From: Macrostomum hystrix
Taxonomy: Eukaryota > Animalia > Platyhelminthes
Direction of reading: 5' to 3'
DNA: 64,000 bases
Assembly (NCBI GenBank): GCA_950097015.1
Contig: CATNEN010000003.1
Location: forward strand, 11,718,001-11,782,000
Shown here piece by piece: positions 1 through 10,800 of the stretch (position 1 is the first letter of the stretch; the number at the start of each line of letters is the position of its first letter). The position numbers and the translations under genes were made by a program. A model generated the notes under the pieces. The model saw only the letters and a list, made by a program, of their open reading frames with translations, was not told where the DNA came from and ran no database searches.

Positions 1-1451
1 ACCTTGGTCTTGCCGATCTTCACCTTGACTTCTCAGCCTCTCAATCTTCTGCTGCATCCACCCCGGCAGCCGGCACAGCTCGTGAGTGATTCTTCTGCGT
101 AGCCGCCGCAGCAGCTCCAGATCGCCGCAGATCGCCGCAGCAACCAGCAGCTCCTGCTCATCCGCATCTTCCCTCTGAGCCACATCTCGTATCCAGTCCT
201 GATCGCTCCCGTCTCCTGCACCTGTCAGCTCATTGCGAAGAGCCCGCAGCAGAGCGTCAAAGTTCATGTATAAGTATGTGCCGTAGTTCTCCATCCGCAG
301 CGGAAAGCAGTCGGCAAAGACTTCGTGCTCAATCGGCAGCTTCGGTCGCTCGTCAAACACAAAGCAGAATTTCCAGGCGGAGTCTCGGCTCCTCAGGTGC
401 TGCCACACAAAGTCCGCAGTGGCCTCACTCGCCGACCTCTCAACTCCCCAATCGATGCCTCTGCTCGCACTGAACGGCCCGCAGTCGCTCACAACTCTCG
501 CTGCAGTGAGTCGGTCGCCAAACTTCAGGCAGGCCAGCGCTCTGAGAGACTGCCGCGCTGATCGGGCGCAGTCTGGCAGTTTGTTGATCAGCTCTGCGAG
601 ACTCTCTCGGGACTGCTGGCTGCGGTCTCCATCGGACAGACGACGCACCGACTCTCTCACAATGTCATAGATCTCGTGGAACTCGCATGTCTTGGCTTTT
701 GACACGGGTCGGTCAATTAGAGTCGGCAGGATGAGGAACGGGTGGAAGTGGAATCGGCCCGAGTCGGTGACGGGTCGCAGACTGTCCTCGAACTGCAACA
801 GCAGCTGAGGCAGCTCAGCCATGGCGCCTCTCAATGCACCGGCTGCCCGATTCAACGCTTCGCTCACTCTCTTAGCTGATGTGGGCGACTTCAAGCCTTT
901 CAGGTACACAGCAGCATCGCTCAGGAAGAAGTGCTCCAGGATCCGACCGTCAGGTGTGTCTGATCTGCAGCCGCTCTCCACACCGTCAAGCAGCATCTGC
1001 AGCGAGTGTCTCGTGAGACTCACGAGATTCTCCGGCTTCCACTGCTCAGCCGGTGTCTCCTCCAGCATTCGGAACGTGACGGTCTTTGCGTGATAGGACT
1101 TGAAGCCGACGTTTGAGATCTTCTTCTTCAGCAGCCACTTGAGTGTGACGAACAGCTGGCCTTGCAGAGTGCTGAGACTCCGCAGCAGTCGCCTCTCCAG
1201 GAAGCTGCTGCTCACTCGGAGCTGCTGGCCCCCCATTCCGGGAGGAGCTGCGTGCACCACGTGACAGGGCGATGAGGCAGAGGTGAGGTCTCGCTGGAGT
1301 GACTGCAGCACGGACTGGGGGATGTTGGACTTGGAGACTCTTGGTGGCTGCAGCGGCGCGATGGGAGGGTAGCGACAGAGGCGACGGGCGGTGACTCGGT
1401 CCACAGCCGGTCTCAGGGTGGAGCCATTCAGAGTGTAGGCTGGGTTGGAGG
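1..1451 (-). CDS. Ankyrin-cGLR gene, last visible exon: third catalytic Asp, Mab-21/cGAS C-lobe and long helical C-terminal extension (continues beyond window start)
   Basis: Hand translation after the acceptor ttctccag|cc (exon starts 1451, phase 1) is open to base 1: ...[10 protein letters not shown]...[71 protein letters not shown]. These correspond to the cGAS/Mab-21 motifs WRLSFSxxEK, SSYHxKT...W and LxNYF. Not in the ORF track because no stop lies inside the window. Confidence 0.9.
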
Positions 1452-1689
1452 CTGGAGAAATTGGAAATGCGAGAAATATGGAAAATGCCATCAGATTTCA
1501 AGTTGATAGACACAAAATATTTCTCGATAATCTAAACAGGAAAAAATAGAGCAAAGATGGTTTGTAGCTGCGATTTATGAAAATTTAGTGCAGACTAGAA
1601 ACTTTTGCCCCCTACGGAGGGGAGCAGGTGCACGATTATTTTCAATTCTTCCTTGCTTCTTTAGATTCTTATGGGTATTTTTCCTGAGC

Positions 1690-1870
1690 ACTGTATACAG
1701 CTCTTCAGTCCATGTATTGGGGAGGTCACCAGCTCACTCAAATTTCTACTGTAGCCTTCAGCTGGCTGAACTGAATAAATACGAGGTTATGATTCTAGCT
1801 CTTGGACAAGCATCGTTTCCTCAGGCTGAGATTCGAACTCCCGGCGTCTCTGCCAGAAGCTTCCAAGCTG
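1690..1870 (-). mobile_element. Degenerate tRNA-derived SINE (family with CCCCAGTCCATGGACTGAA tail), intronic
   Basis: B-box-like GTTCGAATC on the minus strand and the tail cagtccatgtattgggg, shared with copies near 2306, 23007 and 52507. Confidence 0.5.
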
Positions 1871-2786
1871 TACTAAAAATATTTATTGCATAAGAGTGGA
1901 TTCATTCAACTTAGAAAGTGAAATTTTACTTAAGAGGGACCACGAAAAATGATATAAATAAGTTAGAACTCCTTGAGTGTCAAGTTACAATGTGACTATT
2001 GCAAAGCTGCCATCATTTGGTCAGTGTCGCAGAAATGGGCCGAATGGGTTAATCTTCAGATGTAGCCAATCGGCGGGGTTTTCCTGCCAACTTAAAATAG
2101 GATAATTTTCCTGTCTACTGGATAACTAGCTTCTATATTGCTTGTAAGAATGGGCTGTTCGGAGTATTGTTGAAAATCAATGGACATGTACTGGCATAAT
2201 TAAAGAATAACAGAGAAAGAATTTTGTAAAAACGGCAAAAGAATATAATAGATTAGAAATCACAGAAATTTGCAATGACGCTTCCAAAAGCTGTGTACAA
2301 CGGTTCAGTCCATGGACTGGGGAGGTCACCTCAGAAACTGTAGTTTTAACTCGTATACGTTTGCTTCTACCCGTTTTACTGGCTGCTGAATTGGAAACTT
2401 TCAGCTTTTAGGAACTTTCGTTTTGCCGTTCAAAGAGGAATTTCCCAAATCAGGTTCACAACTTATTACTTTAATTTTACACACGTGACTGTGAAAGTAT
2501 TGCGAGCCTAAGAAACAAAGACAAACTTTGCTTCTCTTCACTGAGTACACTGCGCGATGAGCGCTAAGCCTCTGTTTGGTTCGCAGAAGAAGTGAAATCG
2601 GCTATAAAAACAAACATTATATTTTTGCTTAGAACTTTCTTGCTCTGGCTCGGCATTTCAAATCTGGACTGAGCATTTGTTTGTTTTCCTTGTTTGTTGT
2701 TTGCTTTAGAAAGCCAAAGAGGATCAGCAGGCCATGCTCAATTCTTGTCCCAGCCATCCCGACAGTCTCTGGCAGGAAATTCTCAC

Positions 2787-3136
2787 CGAATCCGGAGCTC
2801 AGGATGTGGCCATTGCTGAGCTCCACTGTCTGAGCAGCCTCCACTCGGTCGCACTCGCACACATCTCTCGGGTGAATCGGCCTTCCTGGAATCAGATGAA
2901 TAACATCGATGTCAGAGTCGATGTCAGTTCTGCCATCCAGAGAGACCACGCTGTTGCCCCAGGCCTCAGAGAAGCTGCCCACAGCGAACCAGTCGTCATC
3001 GTTCATTCTCTTCCTGAGAACATCCTGCAAGACGTCAGCCACAGCGATCTGCAAGGCGGCTCTGGAGTCCACGAATCCCGACTGAGAGAGCTTGGAGTGC
3101 AGCTGCTGGCTCAGCTCTGCGTCGCTGGGTGCGGCT
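2787..3136 (-). CDS. Ankyrin-cGLR gene, middle exon: nucleotidyltransferase N-lobe with GS...DxD motif
   Basis: WFAVGSFSEAWGNS...DIDSDIDV fits the Pol-beta-superfamily hGS...DhD signature. Acceptor ctcctctcaccctttag|a (phase 2) and donor ttcg|gtgaga (phase 1) match the phases of both flanking exons. Confidence 0.85.
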
Positions 3137-3433
3137 CTAAAGGGTGAGAGGAGGCGGCAGTGCTGAGTTCCAGTGAGGCTGGGAGGCCTCATTGAACCCC
3201 AAACCTGTCATATTGAACCCCAAACCTGTAATATCGCTAATTCGCTATAAATCCGCCAGGTCTTAACAATGTGAAGTAAAAGCAGTAATAATATAATAAT
3301 ATAATTATAATAACTGACACACAATCAGTTCCGAACTTCAGCTATCGGATTTCGAGTCTGATTACTCAGAGAATCCGAAGTCTCAAATTATCTATTTGCT
3401 CAGGTGACTTTTACAAGAAACAGGAGCTCCTAC

Positions 3434-4668
3434 CTGTTCTGCTTCTGAGGCAATGGCGCGGAGGATCCACGGCTCAGCAGGTCAACCACTCGGTCATGGC
3501 CAACTTCCGTGGCGATTCGCAGAGCAGCTTCCAGCAAGTGCGGGCGCTGAAAGACCTTCATGAGTGACTCGACAACACGGAGGTGGCCATTGCAGGATGC
3601 AATGTAGAGAGGTGACTGGCCAGTATTTCTTTGAAGACTGACGTCGGCTCGTGCATTGATGAGTGAGTCGACCACCTCCTTATGGCCTTGCTGTGATGCA
3701 ATGTAGAGAGGTGATGCGCCAGTATTTGTTTGAAGATTGACGTCGGCTCGTGCATTGATGAGTAAGTCGACCACCTCCTTATGGCCATTTTGTGATGCAA
3801 TGAAGAGAGGTGACTGGCCAGTATTTCTTTGAAGATTGACGTCGGCTCGTGCTTTGATGAGTGAGTCAACGACCTCCTTATGGCCATTTTGTGATGCAAT
3901 GAAGAGAGGTGACTGGCCAGTATTTCTTTGAAGATTGACGTCGGCTCGTGCTTTGATGAGTGAGTCAACGACCTCCTTATGGCCATTTTGTGATGCAATG
4001 AAGAGAGGTGACTGGCCAGTATTTCTTTGAAGATTGACGTCGGCTCGTGCTTTGATGAGTGAGTCAACGACCTCCTTATGGCCATTTTGTGATGCAATGT
4101 GGAGAGGTGAGGAGCCATAGACTTTCTCTTGAAGATTGACGTCGGCTCGTGCTTTGATGAGTGAGTCAACGACCTCCTTATGGCCATTTTGTGCTGCAAT
4201 GTGGAGAGGTGACTGGCCAGTATTTCTTTGAAGATTGACGTCGGCTCGTGCTTTGATGAGTGAGTCAACGACCTCCTTATGGCCATCTTGTGATGCAATG
4301 TGGAGAGGTGAGGAGCCATAGACTTTCTCTTGAAGATTGACATTGGCTTTGATGAGTGATTTCACCAGTCGGTGGTGACCATGTGCAGATGCAATCCACA
4401 ATGCTGTCTCCCCTCTCCAGTTCTGCTTGTCTACATCCGCAATGGCTCGGATGAGTCTCACCAGAATTTCATGTCTTCCGAATCGGCAAGCGAGCATTGC
4501 TGGAGTATAAAATGAGCCTGCAAAGGCGATGAAGGCATCGAGGCTCCCGCCGCTGACAATGAATCGCTCAACCGCCTCCACTCGGTCATCTCTGATGGCT
4601 GCCAGCAGCTCCTCGTCGGTGAGTTCTTCTGCGTCTTTTCGCTGCTGTGAGGAATGAACTGAGTATTC
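3434..4668 (-). CDS. Ankyrin-cGLR gene, ankyrin-repeat exon (about 10 repeats); 5' end uncertain
   Basis: Tandem 33-34 aa units G.SPL.IASQNGHKEVVDSLIKARADVNLQ. Donor aacag|gtagga at 3434/3433. The frame is open upstream to a TGA at 4671-4669. Confidence 0.9.
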
Positions 4669-4841
4669 TCAGCAAGGGAAACATTTTGCAGGTGTCTGCT
4701 TGTGGGTTGGGAAAGTGGCAGATGAGGTCGAGTAGGTCAGCTCAGCTTTTGGCTTGAGACTTTGCTTTTGCTGTCCGCTGCAGCCAACCAGAAGCGTTCT
4801 TTGCTGCTGGAGTCTCATTGGCTGCTGAGCTGCTCAGAGAT

Positions 4842-7800
4842 GAGGAGAGAAGAGAAGAGAAGAGGAGAAGAGAATTGAAAAGGAGAAGAGAAGAGGAGAA
4901 GAGAAGAGGAGAAGAGAAGAGAAGAGGAGAAGAGAAGAGAAGAAGAGAGGAGAAGAGAAGAGGAGAAGAAAAGAAGAGAAGAGGAGAAGAGAAAAGAAGA
5001 GGAGAAGAGAAGAGGAGAAGAGAAAAGAAGAGGAGAAGAGAAGAGAAGAGGAAGAAGAAGAGAAGAGGAGAAGAGAAGAGGAGAAGAGAAGAGAAGAGAG
5101 GAGAAAAGGAGAAGAGAAGAGGAGAAGAGAAGAGGAGAAGAGAAGAGAAGAGGAGAAGAGAAGAGAATTAAAGAGGAGAAGAGAGGAGAAAAGGAGAAGA
5201 GAAGAGGAGAAGAGAAGAGGAGAAGAGAAGAGAAGAGGAGAAGAGAAGAGAAGAAGAGAGGAGAAGAGAAGAGGAGAAGAAAAGAAGAGAAGAGGAGAAG
5301 AGAAAAGAAGAGGAGAAGAGAAGAGGAGAAGAGAAAAGAAGAGGAGAAGAGAAGAGAAGAGGAAGAAGAAGAGAAGAGGAGAAGAGAAGAGGAGAAGAGA
5401 AGAGAAGAGAGGAGAAAAGGAGAAGAGAAGAGGAGAAGAGAAGAGGAGAAGAGAAGAGAAGAGGAGAAGAGAAGAGAATTGAAGAGGAGAAGAGAGGAGA
5501 AAAGGAGAAGAGAAGAGGAGAAGAGAAGAGGAGAAGAGAAGAGAAGAGGAGAAGAAAAGAAGAGAAGAGGAGAAGAGAAGAGAAGAAGAGAAGAGAAGAG
5601 AAGAGGAGAAGAAAAGAAGAAAAGAGGAGAAGAGAAGAGAAGAGAAGAGAAGAAGAGAAGAGAAGAGGAAGAAGAAGAGAAGAGAAAAGAAGAGGAAGAA
5701 GAAGAGAAGAGAAGAGAAGAGGAGAAGAGAAGAGAAGAGAAGAGAAGAGAAGAGAAGAGAAGAGGAGAAGAGAAGAAGAGAAGAGGAGAAGAGAAGAGAA
5801 GAGGAAGAGAAGAGAAGAGGAAGAAGAAGAGAAGAGAAGAGGAGAGGAGAGGAGAAGAGAAGAGAAGAGGAGAAGAGAAGAGAAGAGGAGAAGAGAAGAG
5901 AAGAAGAGAAGAGAAGAGAAGAGGAGAAGAAAAGAAGAGAAGAGGAGAAGAGAAAAGAAGAGGAGAAGAGAAGAGGAGAAGAGAAGAGAAGAGGAGAAGA
6001 GAAGAGAAGAAGAGAAGAGAAGAGAAGAGGAGAAGAAAAGAAGAGAAGAGGAGAAGAGAAGAGAAGAGAAGAGAAGAAGAGAAGAGAAGAGGAAGAAGAA
6101 GAGAAGAGAAGAGAAGAGGAAGAAGAAGAGAAGAGAAGAGAAGAGGAGAAGAGAAGAGGAGAAGAGAAGAGAAGAGGAGAAGAGAAGAGAAGAAGAGAGG
6201 AGAAGAGAAGAGGAGAAGAAAAGAAGAGAAGAGGAGAAGAGAAAAGAAGAGGAGAAGAGAAGAGGAGAAGAGAAAAGAAGAGGAGAAGAGAAGAGAAGAG
6301 GAAGAAGAAGAGAAGAGGAGAAGAGAAGAGGAGAAGAGAAGAGAAGAGAGGAGAAAAGGAGAAGAGAAGAGGAGAAGAGAAGAGGAGAAGAGAAGAGAAG
6401 AGGAGAAGAGAAGAGAATTAAAGAGGAGAAGAGAGGAGAAAAGGAGAAGAGAAGAGGAGAAGAGAAGAGGAGAAGAGAAGAGAAGAGGAGAAGAGAAGAG
6501 AAGAAGAGAGGAGAAGAGAAGAGGAGAAGAAAAGAAGAGAAGAGGAGAAGAGAAAAGAAGAGGAGAAGAGAAGAGGAGAAGAGAAAAGAAGAGGAGAAGA
6601 GAAGAGAAGAGGAAGAAGAAGAGAAGAGGAGAAGAGAAGAGGAGAAGAGAAGAGAAGAGAGGAGAAAAGGAGAAGAGAAGAGGAGAAGAGAAGAGGAGAA
6701 GAGAAGAGAAGAGGAGAAGAAAAGAAGAGAAGAGGAGAAGAGAAGAGAAGAAGAGAAGAGAAGAGAAGAGGAGAAGAAAAGAAGAAAAGAGGAGAAGAGA
6801 AGAGAAGAGAAGAGAAGAAGAGAAGAGAAGAGGAAGAAGAAGAGAAGAGAAAAGAAGAGGAAGAAGAAGAGAAGAGAAGAGAAGAGGAGAAGAGAAGAGA
6901 AGAGAAGAGAAGAGAAGAGAAGAGAAGAGGAGAAGAGAAGAAGAGAAGAGGAGAAGAGAAGAGAAGAGGAAGAGAAGAGAAGAGGAAGAAGAAGAGAAGA
7001 GAAGAGGAGAGGAGAGGAGAAGAGAAGAGAAGAGGAGAAGAGAAGAGAAGAGGAGAAGAGAAGAGAAGAAGAGAAGAGAAGAGAAGAGGAGAAGAAAAGA
7101 AGAGAAGAGGAGAAGAGAAAAGAAGAGGAGAAGAGAAGAGGAGAAGAGAAGAGAAGAGGAGAAGAGAAGAGAAGAAGAGAAGAGAAGAGAAGAGGAGAAG
7201 AAAAGAAGAGAAGAGGAGAAGAGAAGAGAAGAGAAGAGAAGAAGAGAAGAGAAGAGGAAGAAGAAGAGAAGAGAAGAGAAGAGGAAGAAGAAGAGAAGAG
7301 AAGAGAAGAGGAGAAGAGAAGAGAAGAGAAGAGAAGAGAAGAGAAGAGAAGAGAAGAGAAGAAGAGAAGAGGAGAAGAGAAGAGAAGAGGAAGAGAAGAG
7401 AAGAGGAAGAAGAAGAGAAGAGAAGAGGAGAGGAGAGGAGAAGAGAAGCGAAGAGAAGAGAAGAGAAGAAGAGAAGAGAAGAGAAGAGAAGAGGAAGAGA
7501 AGAGGAGAAGAGAAGAGAAGAAGAGAAGAGAAGAGAAGAGGAGAAGAAAAGAAGAGAAGAGGAGAAGAGAAGAGAAGAGAAGAGAAGAGAAGAGAAGAGA
7601 AGAGAAGAGAAGAGGAGAAGAGAAGAGGAGAAGAGGAGAAGAGAAGAGAAGAGAAGAGAAGAAGAGAATAGAAGAGAAGAGAAGAGAAGAGGAAGAGAAG
7701 AGAAGAGGAAGAAGAAGAGAAGAGAAGAGGAGAGGAGAGGAGAAGAGAAGCGAAGAGAAGAGAAGAGAAGAGAAGAGAAGAGAAGAGAAGAGGAAGAGAA

Positions 7801-10800
7801 GAGGAGAAGAGAAGAGAAGAAGAGAAGAGAAGAGAAGAGGAGAAGAAAAGAAGAGAAGAGGAGAAGAGAAGAGAAGAGAAGAGAAGAGAAGAGAAGAGAA
7901 GAGAAGAGAAGAGAAGAGGAGAAGAGAAGAAGAGAAGAGGAGAGAAGAGGAGAAGAGAAGAAGAGAAGAGAAGAGAAGAGGAGAAGAGAATAGAAGAGAA
8001 GAGAAGAGAAGAGAAGAAGAGAAGAGAAGAGAAGAAGAGGAGAAGAGAAGAAGAGAAGAGAAGAGAAGAGGAGAAGAGAAGAGAAGAGAAGAGAAGAGAA
8101 GAGAAGAAGAGAAGAGAAGAGAAGAGAAGAGAAGAGGAAGAAGAAGAGAAGAGAAGAGAAGAGGAAGAAGAAGAGAAGAGAAGAGAAGAGGAGAAGAGAA
8201 GAGAAGAGAAGAGAAGAGAAGAGAAGAGAAGAGAAGAGAAGAGGAGAAGAGAAGAAGAGAAGAGGAGAAGAGAAGAGAAGAGAAGAGAAGAAGAGAAGAG
8301 AAGAGAAGAGAAGAGAAGAGAAGAGAAGAGAAGAGGAAGAAGAAGAGAAGAGAAGAGAAGAGGAGAAGAGAAGAGAAGAGAAGAGGAGAAGAGAAGAAGA
8401 GAAGAGGAGAAGAGAAGAGAAGAGAAGAGAAGAAGAGAAGAGAAGAGAAGAGAAGAGAAGAGAAGAGGAAGAGAAGAGAAGAGGAAGAAGAAGAGAAGAG
8501 AAGAGGAGAGGAGAGGAGAAGAGAAGCGAAGAGAAGAGAAGAGAAGAAGAGAAGAGAAGAGAAGAGAAGAGGAAGAGAAGAGGAGAAGAGAAGAGAAGAA
8601 GAGAAGAGAAGAGAAGAGGAGAAGAAAAGAAGAGAAGAGGAGAAGAGAAGAGAAGAGAAGAGAAGAGAAGAGAAGAGAAGAGAAGAGAAGAGGAGAAGAG
8701 AAGAAGAGAAGAGGAGAAGAGAAGAGAAGAGAAGAGAAGAAGATAAGAGAAGAGAAGAGAAGAGAAGAGGAAGAAGAAGAGAAGAGAAGAGAAGAGGAAG
8801 AAGAAGAGAAGAGAAGAGGAGAGGAGAGGAGAAGAGAAGCGAAGAGAAGAGAAGAGAAGAGGAAGAGAAGAGGAGAGGAGAAGAGAAGAGAAGAGAAGAG
8901 AAGAGAAGAGAAGAGAAGAGAAGAGAAGAGAAGAGAAGAGGAGAAGAGAAGAAGAGAAGAGGAGAAGAGAAGAGAAGAGAGGAGAAAAGGAGAAGAGAAG
9001 AGGAGAAGAGAAGAGGAGAAGAGAAGAGAAGAGGAGAAGAGAAGAGAATTAAAGAGGAGAAGAGAGGAGAAAAGGAGAAGAGAAGAGGAGAAGAGAAGAG
9101 GAGAAGAGAAGAGAAGAGGAGAAGAGAAGAGAAGAAGAGAAGAGAAGAAGAGAAGAGAAGAGAAGAGGAGAAGAAAAGAAGAGAAGAGGAGAAGAGAAGA
9201 GAAGAGAAGAGAAGAGAAGAGAAGAGAAGAGAAGAGAAGAGGAGAAGAGAAGAAGAGAAGAGGAGAAGAGAAGAGAAGAGAAGAGAAGAGGAGAAGAGAA
9301 GAAGAGAAGAGGAGAAGAGAAGAGAAGAGAAGAGAAGAAGAGAAGAGAAGAGAAGAGAAGAGAAGAGGAAGAAGAAGAGAAGAGAAGAGAAGAGGAAGAA
9401 GAAGAGAAGAGAAGAGGAGAGGAGAAGAAGAGAAGAGGAGAAGAGAAGAGAAGAGAAGAGAAGAAGAGAAGAGAAGAGAAGAGAAGAGAAGAGAAGAGGA
9501 AGAGAAGAGAAGAGGAAGAAGAAGAGAAGAGAAGAGGAGAGGAGAGGAGAAGAGAAGCGAAGAGAAGAGAAGAGAAGAAGAGAAGAGAAGAGAAGAGAAG
9601 AGGAAGAGAAGAGGAGAAGAGAAGAGAAGAAGAGAAGAGAAGAGAAGAGGAGAAGAAAAGAAGAGAAGAGGAGAAGAGAAGAGAAGAGAAGAGAAGAGAA
9701 GAGAAGAGAAGAGAAGAGAAGAGGAGAAGAGAAGAAGAGAAGAGGAGAAGAGAAGAGAAGAGAAGAGAAGAAGAGAAGAGAAGAGAAGAGAAGAGAAGAG
9801 GAAGAAGAAGAGAAGAGAAGAGAAGAGGAAGAAGAAGAGAAGAGAAGAGGAGAGGAGAGGAGAAGAGAAGCGAAGAGAAGAGAAGAGAAGAGGAAGAGAA
9901 GAGGAGAGGAGAAGAGAAGAGAAGAGATGAGAAGAGAAGAGAAGAGAAGAGAAGAGAAGAGAAGAGGAGAAGAGAAGAAGAGAAGAGGAGAAGAGAAGAG
10001 AAGAGAGGAGAAAAGGAGAAGAGAAGAGGAGAAGAGAAGAGGAGAAGAGAAGAGAAGAGGAGAAGAGAAGAGAAGAAGAGAAGAGAAGAAGAGAAGAGAA
10101 GAGAAGAGGAGAAGAAAAGAAGAGAAGAGGAGAAGAGAAGAGAAGAGGAGAAGAGAAGAGAAGAAGAGAAGAGAAGAAGAGAAGAGAAGAGAAGAGGAGA
10201 AGAAAAGAAGAGAAGAGGAGAAGAGAAGAGAAGAGAAGAGAAGAGAAGAGAAGAGAAGAGAAGAGAAGAGGAGAAGAGAAGAGGAGAAGAGAAGAGAAGA
10301 GAAGAGAAGAAGAGAAGAGAAGAGAAGAGAAGAGAAGAGGAAGAAGAAGAGAAGAGAAGAGAAGAGGAAGAAGAAGAGGAGAGGAGAAGAGAAGAGAAGA
10401 GAAGAGAAGAGAAGAGAAGAGAAGAGAAGAGGAGAAGAGAAGAAGAGAAGAGGAGAAGAGAAGAGAAGAGAAGAGAAGAAGAGAAGAGAAGAGAAGAGAA
10501 GAGAAGAGGAAGAAGAAGAGAAGAGAAGAGAAGAGGAAGAAGAAGAGAAGAGAAGAGGAGAGGAGAAGAAGAGAAGAGGAGAAGAGAAGAGAAGAGAAGA
10601 GAAGAAGAGAAGAGAAGAGAAGAGAAGAGAAGAGAAGAGGAAGAGAAGAGAAGAGGAAGAAGAAGAGAAGAGAAGAGGAGAGGAGTGGAGAAGAGAAGCG
10701 AAGAGAAGAGAAGAGAAGAAGAGAAGAGAAGAGAAGAGAAGAGGAAGAGAAGAGGAGAAGAGAAGAGAAGAAGAGAAGAGAAGAGAAGAGGAGAAGAAAA

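Noticed and set aside
2025-2052. piggyBac-like end (...ggccgaatgggTTAA)
   Set aside because: No matching opposite terminus found in the window.
3190-3230. Two tandem cag|gtttgggg acceptors (21-bp duplication) before the NTase exon
   Set aside because: Joined to the phase-2 ankyrin donor they give an early stop; the acceptor at 3136 has a better pyrimidine tract and keeps frame.
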